A DNA stretch of 64,000 nucleotides, from assembly GCA_965277805.1 (NCBI GenBank), contig OZ255842.1, forward strand, positions 64,001-128,000, read 5' to 3'. A model generated the notes under the pieces. It ran no database searches and had not been told where the DNA came from. It saw only the letters and a list, made by a program, of their open reading frames with translations. The stretch is from Candidatus Lustribacter sp. (lineage in GTDB: Bacteria; Vulcanimicrobiota; Vulcanimicrobiia; Vulcanimicrobiales; Vulcanimicrobiaceae). The translations under genes and the position numbers were made by a program. Shown in pieces: positions 17,902-26,195 of this stretch; the stretch's first letter is position 1, and each line of letters opens with the position of its first letter.

Positions 17902-19428
17902 ATGGCATCACGCACGCTGGCGGCCCTGGCGCTGTTCGCGCTGACCGCTTCTCCGTGGGGAGCTATGCCGGCCGGGGCGCAGGCCAAGATGGCCACGCCC
18001 ACGCCGACACCCGCCCCGTACGGTTCCCCGCTTCCCGCGGGGCCGTCCGGTCCGGCCGCCTTGCCGTCGCCGATCTCGAGCCTGCCGCCGGCGAGCCAGC
18101 CGGTGACGCTGCCCTATCCCGCCTACGGAACGCCCGTGCCCGGCGTGAATCGCGGCGTTCCCGCCGCCGGCATTCCGCAGGTCGTCTCGCTCGATCAGGC
18201 CGTGGCGATCGGTTTCGCGCGCTCGCCGCTGCTCGCGTCGGCGCGCGCCACGATCCAGATCGACCAAGCGCCGGTCGATCTCTCGAGGACTGCAGTTCTG
18301 CCGAACATCTCCGGCACCGCTTCGACCGCGCACGACTTCTCGCAAAACGCCTCCGACGGTCCGACCGGCCGCTCCAGCGGCGCGCAGGTTGCGGCCAATA
18401 GCCTTTCGATCGCGCTCAGGCAACTGATTTACGACGGCGGGAAAGTTGCCGCGCAGCTGCGGGCCGCGAAGGCGACCGAGAACGGCGCAATCGCGACCTA
18501 TAAACGGCAACTGCAAACCGTGGCGTACAACATTGCCAACGCGTATTACGCGGCGCTCTCCGCCCAGCGCGCGACGCAGATTGCAAACGAAACCGTCAAG
18601 CTCAACCAAGTCAATGCCGATCTCGTCTCGGCGCAGATTCAGGCCGGTACGACCGCGCGTTCGGATCTCTTGACGGCCGAGCTGCCGGTCGCGCAAGCCC
18701 GCGTCACGCTGGTCAAGGATCAGGGCGCGGAACTCTCCGCGCAGGCCGCGTTCGTGAACGCGATGGGTCTCGATGCGAACACCTACGTGCTGCCGCAAGA
18801 CGACGGCAACGTGCTGGCCGGTGCCAGCGGCGCGCCGCAGGTCGCCGTGCCGACCTATCAGGTTGCGATCACGCGCGCCTACATGCTGCGGCCGGACTTT
18901 ACCGCAACGCAACTCGCGGTCTCGAGCGCGCAGGCCTCGCTCAAAGCGGCCGGCCTCGGACTGGTTCCGAACCTCAACGGCAGCGGTAGTTACGGCACCT
19001 CGTCGACCGACGTCAACGGCGGCACGTTCCGCAATTCCGGTTCGCTCGGCCTCACGCTGACGATCCCGATTTTCGATCAAGGCATCACGCACGCGCAGGT
19101 CGAGCAGGCGCGCGGGCAACTCGCTGCAGCAAATGCCACGGTCGAGTCGGCGCGCGAGAACATCCAGCTCAACGTCAAACAGACGTTGGTGAACCTGGTG
19201 TCGGCCAATGCGACCTTCCAGCAGACGCAAGCCGAACTCGAGAACGCGCGCGAAGTGCTGCAGGCGACGCAGGCGCAGTACGCGGCCGGCGTCACCACGC
19301 TGCCGCTGCTGCTCAACGCCGAAGTCGGGCTGACGCAAGCGCTCGTCGACCAAGTCAACGCGGTGTATACCCTGCGCCAAGCCGAAGCGGCGTTTCTGTT
19401 CGCCGAGGGTGCCAACGCTCCGGCGTGA
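17902..19428 (+). CDS. TolC family outer membrane efflux protein
   Basis: Signal peptide, LPNIS, LIYDGG, LTIPIFDQG and Y.AG.TT motifs. Confidence 0.88.
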   Translation: MASRTLAALALFALTASPWGAMPAGAQAKMATPTPTPAPYGSPLPAGPSGPAALPSPISSLPPASQPVTLPYPAYGTPVPGVNRGVPAAGIPQVVSLDQAVAIGFARSPLLASARATIQIDQAPVDLSRTAVLPNISGTASTAHDFSQNASDGPTGRSSGAQVAANSLSIALRQLIYDGGKVAAQLRAAKATENGAIATYKRQLQTVAYNIANAYYAALSAQRATQIANETVKLNQVNADLVSAQIQAGTTARSDLLTAELPVAQARVTLVKDQGAELSAQAAFVNAMGLDANTYVLPQDDGNVLAGASGAPQVAVPTYQVAITRAYMLRPDFTATQLAVSSAQASLKAAGLGLVPNLNGSGSYGTSSTDVNGGTFRNSGSLGLTLTIPIFDQGITHAQVEQARGQLAAANATVESARENIQLNVKQTLVNLVSANATFQQTQAELENAREVLQATQAQYAAGVTTLPLLLNAEVGLTQALVDQVNAVYTLRQAEAAFLFAEGANAPA

Positions 19429-21079
19429 TCCCCGGCAACTAGGACTCCTCACGTTCGCACTCGCCGCGCTCGTGCTCGGCGGGTGCACGCGCGTGGGGGT
19501 GAACGGGAAAACGCCCGACGGGCGCAATCCCTGGACGAATCCGGATGTGTTGACGATCGCAACGCAGGCGGATCCGCGCAATCTCAATCCCGCCCTCGCG
19601 ACGGGCGATCCGACCGGCGAGCTCTCGATGTTCATGTTCTCGTACACGGTGCGGTACGACGAGCACGCGCGGCCGGTGCCCGATGCGGTGACGGAAGTTC
19701 CGACGATCGCGAACGGCGACGTCTCGCGCGACGGATTGACCTTGCGCTACAAGCTGCGGTCGCACATGCTCTGGCACGACGGCGTGCCCGTGACGTGCGC
19801 GGATCTCGCGTTTACCTGGCGCGTGATGATCAACCCGCACAACAACGTTATCACAAGCGACGGGTTCAAGGACATCCGCAGCATCGATTGCCGCAACCCG
19901 CTGGTCGCGGTCGTGCACATGCGGCGGCTCTATGCGCCGTTTCTCCAGCAGCTGTGGGGCGTGAACGGCGGCCCGATCTTGCCCGCGCATTTGCTCGCGC
20001 GCTACAACGACGACAACGGTTCGTTCAACAACGCGCCCTACCAGTCGGCGCCGATCGGCAGCGGTCCGTACCGGTTCGTGAAGTGGATTCGCGGTTCGGA
20101 GATTCGCATGGAGCGGTTCGACGACTTCTACCTCGGCAAGCCGCCGATCCGCGAAGTGGTCTACAAGATCGTTCCCGACGACAACACGCTCGCCACCGAA
20201 ATGGAAACGCACGAGATCGATCTGCTCTTTCACGGCCAGGGGAACACCTGGAACCGGCTGCGCAAGATTCGCGGTACGATCGCCATCGCGCCGCCGATCT
20301 TTTCTTACACCCACATCGACTTCAATTTGCGGCGACCGGTCTTTGCCGACCGGCGCGTGCGCGAAGCGCTCGAATATGCGCTCGACCGGCCGGCGATCTT
20401 GCAGAAAGCGCAGCACGGGCTCGGCGATCTCGCCGAAGCGGATCAGTCGCCGGTCATCGGCACCGCGTACGATCCGACCGTGCCCAAGCATCCCTACGAT
20501 CCGGCACGTGCGCGAGCCGAGCTCGATGCGGCCGGCTGGCATACCGGACGCGACGGCATCCGTATTCGCAACGGCGTGCCGCTGGCGTTCACGATGACGA
20601 CGGCGTCCGAGGTGGCCGAGAACGCGCAGATCGAAACGCTCGTACAGGCATATTGGCGGGCCGTCGGCGCCGAGCTGACCATCAAGAACGCCCCGACGAG
20701 TGCGTTTTTCGACAACACCTCCGCGGGCGTACTGCAAGGCGGCCACTACGATACTGCGGTGTTTACCTGGGCGGGCACGGCCGATCCCGACGACAACCAG
20801 ATCTATTCGGGCGACGAGTTCCCGCCGCGCGGATCGAATAATTTATTCTGGAACGATCGGGCGGCGACGGCCGCGATGAGCGATGCGCTGCAGACCGTTG
20901 ACATGCGGCGGCGGATCGCCGACTATCACGTCGTGCAGCAGCGAATCACCCGCGAGGTGCCGACGATCGTCCTCTGGTTCCGTCACGAACCGCAAGTCTA
21001 CAACAGCGATTTGAAAAACATGACCGCGACGCCCGTGCTCACGACGCCGTTCTGGAACACTTGGCAGTACGCATTGTGA
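19409..21079 (+). CDS. Peptide/nickel ABC transporter substrate-binding protein (family 5)
   Basis: Lipobox LGGC, LR....WHDG.PVT, PIGSGPY and DRRVREAL motifs. Exact start is uncertain. Confidence 0.9.
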   Translation: MPTLRRDPRQLGLLTFALAALVLGGCTRVGVNGKTPDGRNPWTNPDVLTIATQADPRNLNPALATGDPTGELSMFMFSYTVRYDEHARPVPDAVTEVPTIANGDVSRDGLTLRYKLRSHMLWHDGVPVTCADLAFTWRVMINPHNNVITSDGFKDIRSIDCRNPLVAVVHMRRLYAPFLQQLWGVNGGPILPAHLLARYNDDNGSFNNAPYQSAPIGSGPYRFVKWIRGSEIRMERFDDFYLGKPPIREVVYKIVPDDNTLATEMETHEIDLLFHGQGNTWNRLRKIRGTIAIAPPIFSYTHIDFNLRRPVFADRRVREALEYALDRPAILQKAQHGLGDLAEADQSPVIGTAYDPTVPKHPYDPARARAELDAAGWHTGRDGIRIRNGVPLAFTMTTASEVAENAQIETLVQAYWRAVGAELTIKNAPTSAFFDNTSAGVLQGGHYDTAVFTWAGTADPDDNQIYSGDEFPPRGSNNLFWNDRAATAAMSDALQTVDMRRRIADYHVVQQRITREVPTIVLWFRHEPQVYNSDLKNMTATPVLTTPFWNTWQYAL

Positions 21080-21435
21080 AAGGCGCAGCACCCCCGGGCG
21101 GCAGCGTCGTCTGCGCACTGGACGAGGTGGCCGACGGCGCGTCGCGCGTCATCACGTTTGCCGACGGGTTCGAACTGATCGTCGTGCGCACGGCCGAGGC
21201 GGTGTTCGGCTACGTCAACGAGTGCAAACATTTGCAAGTGGGGCTGAACTTGCTCGATGACCACGCGTGCGAGACCAACGCCGGCACGATCCTCTGCCAG
21301 TATCACTACGCGACGTATCGCTTCGAAGACGGCTACTGCATCGCCGGACCGTGTCAGGGCGATTCGCTGACCGCGGTGCCGCTGGCCGTGCGCGCGGGGC
21401 GCATCGTGATCGCGACCGGATCGGCGGCGAAGTAA
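21076..21435 (+). CDS. Rieske [2Fe-2S] ferredoxin-like protein
   Basis: CKH...CQYH and GPC motifs. GTG start overlaps the upstream stop. Confidence 0.85.
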   Translation: MKGAAPPGGSVVCALDEVADGASRVITFADGFELIVVRTAEAVFGYVNECKHLQVGLNLLDDHACETNAGTILCQYHYATYRFEDGYCIAGPCQGDSLTAVPLAVRAGRIVIATGSAAK

Positions 21436-22841
21436 GCACCGGCGGCGAGTAACGCGCAGCCGAGCAGCGGGATCGCGCGCAAAACGCCCCACGCGACGGC
21501 AACGCCGTTGAGGCCCGCGCGTTGCTGTTCGGCCGCCCAGACGGCGCTGGCATCGAGATTTGCTGCGGCGTGGAAGGCGCCCAGCGCGTCGGGCCACGCC
21601 GGCGCCCGGAAGGCCAGCGCGACCGGCACGGCGATCGCGGCGACCACCGCGGACGCGATCAGCGGTGGCAGCGGCGTGCTCGCGCGCAGCGAGCGGTTCG
21701 GCAGCGCCGCGAATGCGCACGCGACCGCGAACGCCAGCACGACGGTTTGGGCCGCGAACGACGGCCGCTGCGCGATGCCGAGCCAGTCGACGAGCGTGCA
21801 CGCGGCCGCGATTCCGGCCAGCGCGCGCACGCGCGCGTTCGCCGATGCGGCTAAGACGATCGCGGGAATCAGCTCGATGACGAAGTCGTGTTCGTGAAAG
21901 AACGGCACGGCCCACGGCAACAGGGCGATCGCGAACGCGGCGGCCAAGCGCGGCTGCGCACGCAGGCGAATAGCGATCGCCGCGACGCACGCGACGGTCA
22001 CGAAGGCCAGGGAATTGCCCGCCAGCTCGGCCAGTCGCCGGCCGGCACCGAACGAGACGGCGATCGCGGGCACGCTGTACTGGATGAGGATAAAGCGTTC
22101 GCTCGCGGTGTGTTCGCCCAAGCGCTGCAAGTACGTCGGCAGCGCGGCGCCGCCGCCGCCGGCAACGAACGTAACGGCAAAGAAGACGGCGGCTGCGGCC
22201 CCGAGCAGCAGCGCGCTGCGCCGGTCGGTTAGGCGGACCGCGAGCGGCAGCGCGAGATTCGGCTGAATCGCCGCGCAGAATGCCGTGACGATCGTCCAAG
22301 CGGAGCGGCGCTCGAGCGCGAGCAGCGTACACGCCACGGCGGCCGCGGAGACGAGCGCGACTTGTCCGAGCGCGAGATCGCTGATCGCTGGTCCGGCGAC
22401 GGCGGCGAAGATCACGGCGCTCGCCGCGCGCGATGCGGTGAGGCGCACGTGCGCGAGCGCGGCGGCGGCGATGCCGAGCACGAGCAGCGCAAGCGCGAGC
22501 ACGCCCATCCAGACGATGCGCGCGGCGTCGAACGGCAGGCGAGCCAAGAGCGACCACAACGTCAGCGAGGCCGCCGGTCCGACGAACGGCAACAGCTCAT
22601 CGCGCGTTGCATCGACGCCCGGGATCGTGCGCTCCGTTTGCCACACGTCGCGCGACCATGGATCGCCGCCGGCATTCCACGTTGCGCCCGCGGCGTAGTA
22701 GGCCTCGAAATCGCGCGCAAACGGACCCGAGGTGGGCGCGGGGCGGAAGACCGTTGCGGCCAGCGCCGCGAGCACGAGCGCGAGAAGCGCGAACGCGCTA
22801 CGGCGTCTCGGCGTAGAGCACCAGCCGGCTGACCGTCCCAT
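21354..22841 (-). CDS. Glycosyltransferase family 87-like polytopic membrane protein
   Basis: DFEAYY.AG motif, GQ motif, (K/Q)PNL and HEHD, with many TM helices. Start is uncertain. Confidence 0.7.
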   Translation of the reverse strand: MGRSAGWCSTPRRRSAFALLALVLAALAATVFRPAPTSGPFARDFEAYYAAGATWNAGGDPWSRDVWQTERTIPGVDATRDELLPFVGPAASLTLWSLLARLPFDAARIVWMGVLALALLVLGIAAAALAHVRLTASRAASAVIFAAVAGPAISDLALGQVALVSAAAVACTLLALERRSAWTIVTAFCAAIQPNLALPLAVRLTDRRSALLLGAAAAVFFAVTFVAGGGGAALPTYLQRLGEHTASERFILIQYSVPAIAVSFGAGRRLAELAGNSLAFVTVACVAAIAIRLRAQPRLAAAFAIALLPWAVPFFHEHDFVIELIPAIVLAASANARVRALAGIAAACTLVDWLGIAQRPSFAAQTVVLAFAVACAFAALPNRSLRASTPLPPLIASAVVAAIAVPVALAFRAPAWPDALGAFHAAANLDASAVWAAEQQRAGLNGVAVAWGVLRAIPLLGCALLAAGAYFAADPVAITMRPARTASGTAVSESP

Positions 22842-23370
22842 CGTTGCCCATGGCGTAGGCGACACCGTTGGGATAGCGGATTTCGAAGGCGTGTTTGTAC
22901 ACGGCGGTTCCCGGACCACCGACCGCTTCGACGAAGCGCCCGTCCAAGCTGATGATGCCCATGCCGATCCGCACCTCGCCCGGCACGAGTCGAAATTCTC
23001 CGAGATCGCGCGGCGCGAGCTTCGGCGCCGCGTCCGTTTGCGGCACGTAGTACTCGACGCCGACCAGCAGATCGTCCTTGTAGAACGCGCTGAGCAACCT
23101 GCGCTCGTTGTTTTCGCGCAAGCCGTACGTGTCCCAACCCTTGGCCGGATACGCGAAGCCGGTACCGAGCTCGCGGATGACGTCCTTGCGTTTGGTCACG
23201 CCAGTCTGGAAGCGAATGTTCTCGTTGAAGAGGATCACCGGCACGTCGATCGGCGGCGGCGGAACGTTCGGCTGTTTGAGCCGTTTCTCGGCAATTTGCG
23301 CGAGAATTTCGACCGCCCGCACCATCGCGAAGTCCGGCGGCGGCTTGCCGCCCGAACCCTCGCTGCTCAT
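22798..23370 (-). CDS. Hypothetical protein
   Basis: ATG at 23370 overlaps the stop of the upstream protease gene. Typical protein composition. Confidence 0.7.
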   Translation of the reverse strand: MSSEGSGGKPPPDFAMVRAVEILAQIAEKRLKQPNVPPPPIDVPVILFNENIRFQTGVTKRKDVIRELGTGFAYPAKGWDTYGLRENNERRLLSAFYKDDLLVGVEYYVPQTDAAPKLAPRDLGEFRLVPGEVRIGMGIISLDGRFVEAVGGPGTAVYKHAFEIRYPNGVAYAMGNDGTVSRLVLYAETP

Positions 23371-24212
23371 GCGCGCATCACGCGCGGATCGAAGTACGTC
23401 AAAACTGCGCCCGCGACCGCGACTGCGGCAGTGATGAAATACGCGGCGGCAATTGCCCAGCGCGATGCGGTCGGGACGGCGAAAAAGCGCGGGTCGACGT
23501 AGCCCGACAGCAGCGCGCGAATGCGCGGTACGGCCGCAAACGCTACGATCGCGACGAACAGCAAGCCGGCCCAGATGTGGAAGATCACGATGAACGCGAG
23601 AAACGCGAACGCGCCGAGAATCCACAGCCGCGGATCGATCGCGGCCGCAATGCCGCCGCCGTCGAGCGGCGGGACCGGCAGCAAGTTGAGCGCGTTGAGG
23701 AAGAAGCCCGTGTAGGCCACGGCAAACCAGAACGGCGAGTGCAAGTTGGTCGCAAGCGCGTAGCACAAGCCGGAGGCCAGTAATCCGTAGACCGGGCCGG
23801 CCAGTGCGGCGATCGCTTCGACCGTAAGGCTCGGCGCCGGGCCGCGCGCAGCGACGAACGCGCCGAGGCCGGGAATGAAGAACGGCAGGTCGGCTTTGAT
23901 GCCGAAGTTGCGGAAGGTGAAGAAGTGCCCGAGTTCGTGCACGAGGATCAGCAAGACGAACGCGACGCCGAACTTCCAGCCGAAGAAGAGCGCGTAGAAC
24001 CAGATCGAGAGGAAGAGCGCAAAGAACTTCGGCAGCAGCAAGAGCAGCTTGAAGTTGCCAAGCAAGAGCAGCGCGCCTTTGAACTTGGCCAGGAAGACCG
24101 CGATCGCACCGGCGACGCCGGCGCCGGTGCGCCAGGCAGCCTTGGGCTTCGGTTGAGGTGCGGCGGGTGGAAGATATTCGCCCTCGACGTCGGAAGGGCG
24201 TTGCTCGTGCAT
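23367..24212 (-). CDS. Site-2 protease family (M50) membrane metalloprotease
   Basis: HELGH, ALAGP and NLLPVPPLDGG motifs. Confidence 0.92.
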   Translation of the reverse strand: MHEQRPSDVEGEYLPPAAPQPKPKAAWRTGAGVAGAIAVFLAKFKGALLLLGNFKLLLLLPKFFALFLSIWFYALFFGWKFGVAFVLLILVHELGHFFTFRNFGIKADLPFFIPGLGAFVAARGPAPSLTVEAIAALAGPVYGLLASGLCYALATNLHSPFWFAVAYTGFFLNALNLLPVPPLDGGGIAAAIDPRLWILGAFAFLAFIVIFHIWAGLLFVAIVAFAAVPRIRALLSGYVDPRFFAVPTASRWAIAAAYFITAAVAVAGAVLTYFDPRVMRA

Positions 24213-24218
24213 CAACCG

Positions 24219-24776
24219 GTGGTTCTCCCTGAGCCCGTGAGGCTCCGCGATTGGCGCCCGGTCTGTCCGGCGGGAGAGTTGCGCTCGATCTCCCTCCACT
24301 GGACCGCCCATGACTACGAGGCGGTTTTCCCCGTCTACCACTTCTGCCTGCGCGGAGTTTCCGACGTCGTCGTGGTGCAGACGCACGATCTGCGCGCGAA
24401 CATGCGCGACCTGCGCCGCGACCCGGCGAGCCCCTACGCCGCGCACACGCTCGGGCGAAACTCGTGGTCGATCGGCCTCGCCGTGTGCGGCATGGCCGAT
24501 GCGCGGCCCTCAGACTTCGGCCGCTACCCGCTCGCCGCCATGCAAATCGACGCGTTGTGCGTCGTCGCCCGCACGCTCGCCGATGCATACAACATTCCGC
24601 TCGCCGCGATTCGCACCCACGCCGAAGCGGCGCTCGAAGATGGGTACTTCGGTGCGGATGACGACGACTTGCGCTGGGACATCGCGCGCCTCCAGCCGCG
24701 CCCCGAGCCGCTCGCCGAGTTCGAGGCGACGGCGACCGGCGATCAGTTGCGCGCACGCATCGCCGCCGTACGCTAG
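24219..24776 (+). CDS. N-acetylmuramoyl-L-alanine amidase-like (Amidase_2) protein
   Basis: ISLHWTA, YHF, AHT.GRNS.SIGLA.CGM and THAE motifs. Start is uncertain (GTG at 24207, 24219 or 24237). Confidence 0.7.
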   Translation: MVLPEPVRLRDWRPVCPAGELRSISLHWTAHDYEAVFPVYHFCLRGVSDVVVVQTHDLRANMRDLRRDPASPYAAHTLGRNSWSIGLAVCGMADARPSDFGRYPLAAMQIDALCVVARTLADAYNIPLAAIRTHAEAALEDGYFGADDDDLRWDIARLQPRPEPLAEFEATATGDQLRARIAAVR

Positions 24777-24777
24777 C

Positions 24778-24897
24778 GTGCCGCCGAAAGTGGCCGCCGC
24801 GCTGTTGTGGCTGGCGCTCGCCGCAGGTGTCGCGCTGATCGCGATCATGACCTGGCATCCGTGGACGTGCACGTGGACCGGCCGATGCGGATCCTAA
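24778..24897 (+). CDS. Putative small membrane peptide (39 aa)
   Basis: GTG 1 nt after the amidase stop. One TM helix followed by WHPWTCTWTGRCGS. Overlaps the ndh start. Confidence 0.4.
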   Translation: MPPKVAAALLWLALAAGVALIAIMTWHPWTCTWTGRCGS

Positions 24898-26195
24898 TCC
24901 TCGGCGCCGGTTTTGCGGGCGTCGCCACCGCCCGGGCGCTCGAGCGCTGTTTGCGCGCAGACGAAGCGGAAATCACGATCGTGGGGCGCGACAACTTCTC
25001 GCTATTCACGCCGATGCTGCCGGAAGTGAGCGCGGGCGGACTCGAGACGCGCCACGTCGTCACGCCGGTGCGCGCCGAGTTGCACCGCGCGCAGTTCGTC
25101 CTCGGCGACGTCGTCGCGATCGATCTGGATGCGCGTACGGTAGAGGTGCAGCACAACATCGACGGCGCCAAACAAACGTTGGCCTACGATCAGCTCGTAT
25201 TCGCGTTGGGCAGCGTGACCTCGACGTTCGGCATTCCGGGCGTGGCGGAACATGCGTTGCCGCTCAAGACCCTCGAAGATGCAGAGCGCCTGCGCAATCG
25301 CGCGATCGCGAGCCTCGAGCTGGCCGACGTAACGAGCGATCCGGCCGAACGCGCGCGTCTGCTGACGTTCGTGATCGTCGGCGGCGGCTACACCGGCGCC
25401 GAAGGCGCGGGCGAATGGATCGATCTGTTCCACTCGATCACGCCGTACTACCGCTCGATCGCGCCGCGCGAGGTGCGCATCGTGCTGATCGAGGCGGGGC
25501 CCGTGCTGCTGGCCGGTCTGCCGCCCGCGATGGGCCGTTACACGATGAAGAACCTCACCGCGCGCGGCGTCGAGGTGCACTTGGGCGACGCCGTGACCTC
25601 ACTCGACGAGCGCGGCATCCACTTGGCAAGCGGCACGGAGATTCCGACGGCGACCGTGCTGTGGAGCGCGGGCGTGCGTCCCTCACCGGTCGTGCGCGAC
25701 TTGCCGTTGACGCATGCGCGTAACGGCGCGATCATGGTGAATCGCGACTTCTCGGTGCCGGATCGCCCCGGCGTGTGGGCGCTCGGCGATTGCGCGTGGA
25801 TCCCGATGAAAAATGCCGGCGAGTACTACCCGATGACGGCGCAGCACGCGATTCGCGAGGGGCCGGCGCTCGCCAAAAATATCGCTGCCGTCGTGCGCGG
25901 CGGCGCGACGAAACCGTTCGACTTCACCGCGCTCGGCACGATGGCGTCGCTCGGCGCGCGCCGCGGCGTCGCGAGCCTCGCAGGCGGCCTCGTCATCACA
26001 GGATTCCCGGCGTGGTTCTTGTGGCGCACGTACTACCTATCGCGTTTGCCGGGACTCGATCGGAAGGTACGCGTTGCGCTCGACTGGACGCTGGGCTTGT
26101 TGTTCCGGCGCGATATTGCGGAGCTGCGCGTCTACACGCAACGCGCCCGGGAGCGCGCTGCGCGAGACGCGGGATTAGATCCGGAGTCGAGTTAG
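24885..26195 (+). CDS. ndh: Type II NADH dehydrogenase-like FAD-dependent oxidoreductase
   Basis: GAGFAG, FTPMLPE, VGGGYTGAE, WSAGV and ALGDCA motifs. Confidence 0.85.
   Translation: MRILILGAGFAGVATARALERCLRADEAEITIVGRDNFSLFTPMLPEVSAGGLETRHVVTPVRAELHRAQFVLGDVVAIDLDARTVEVQHNIDGAKQTLAYDQLVFALGSVTSTFGIPGVAEHALPLKTLEDAERLRNRAIASLELADVTSDPAERARLLTFVIVGGGYTGAEGAGEWIDLFHSITPYYRSIAPREVRIVLIEAGPVLLAGLPPAMGRYTMKNLTARGVEVHLGDAVTSLDERGIHLASGTEIPTATVLWSAGVRPSPVVRDLPLTHARNGAIMVNRDFSVPDRPGVWALGDCAWIPMKNAGEYYPMTAQHAIREGPALAKNIAAVVRGGATKPFDFTALGTMASLGARRGVASLAGGLVITGFPAWFLWRTYYLSRLPGLDRKVRVALDWTLGLLFRRDIAELRVYTQRARERAARDAGLDPESS

Noticed and set aside
17908-19647. 579-aa minus-strand ORF
   Set aside because: Antisense shadow of tolC.
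21354-21435. 82-bp convergent overlap of the ferredoxin and GT87 genes
   Set aside because: Most simply explained by stop-codon drift in high-GC DNA, with no evidence of function.
23371-24858. Long upstream extension of the 22798..24858 minus ORF
   Set aside because: Arg-rich out-of-frame overlap with the M50 protease and amidase genes. The real start is probably 23370.
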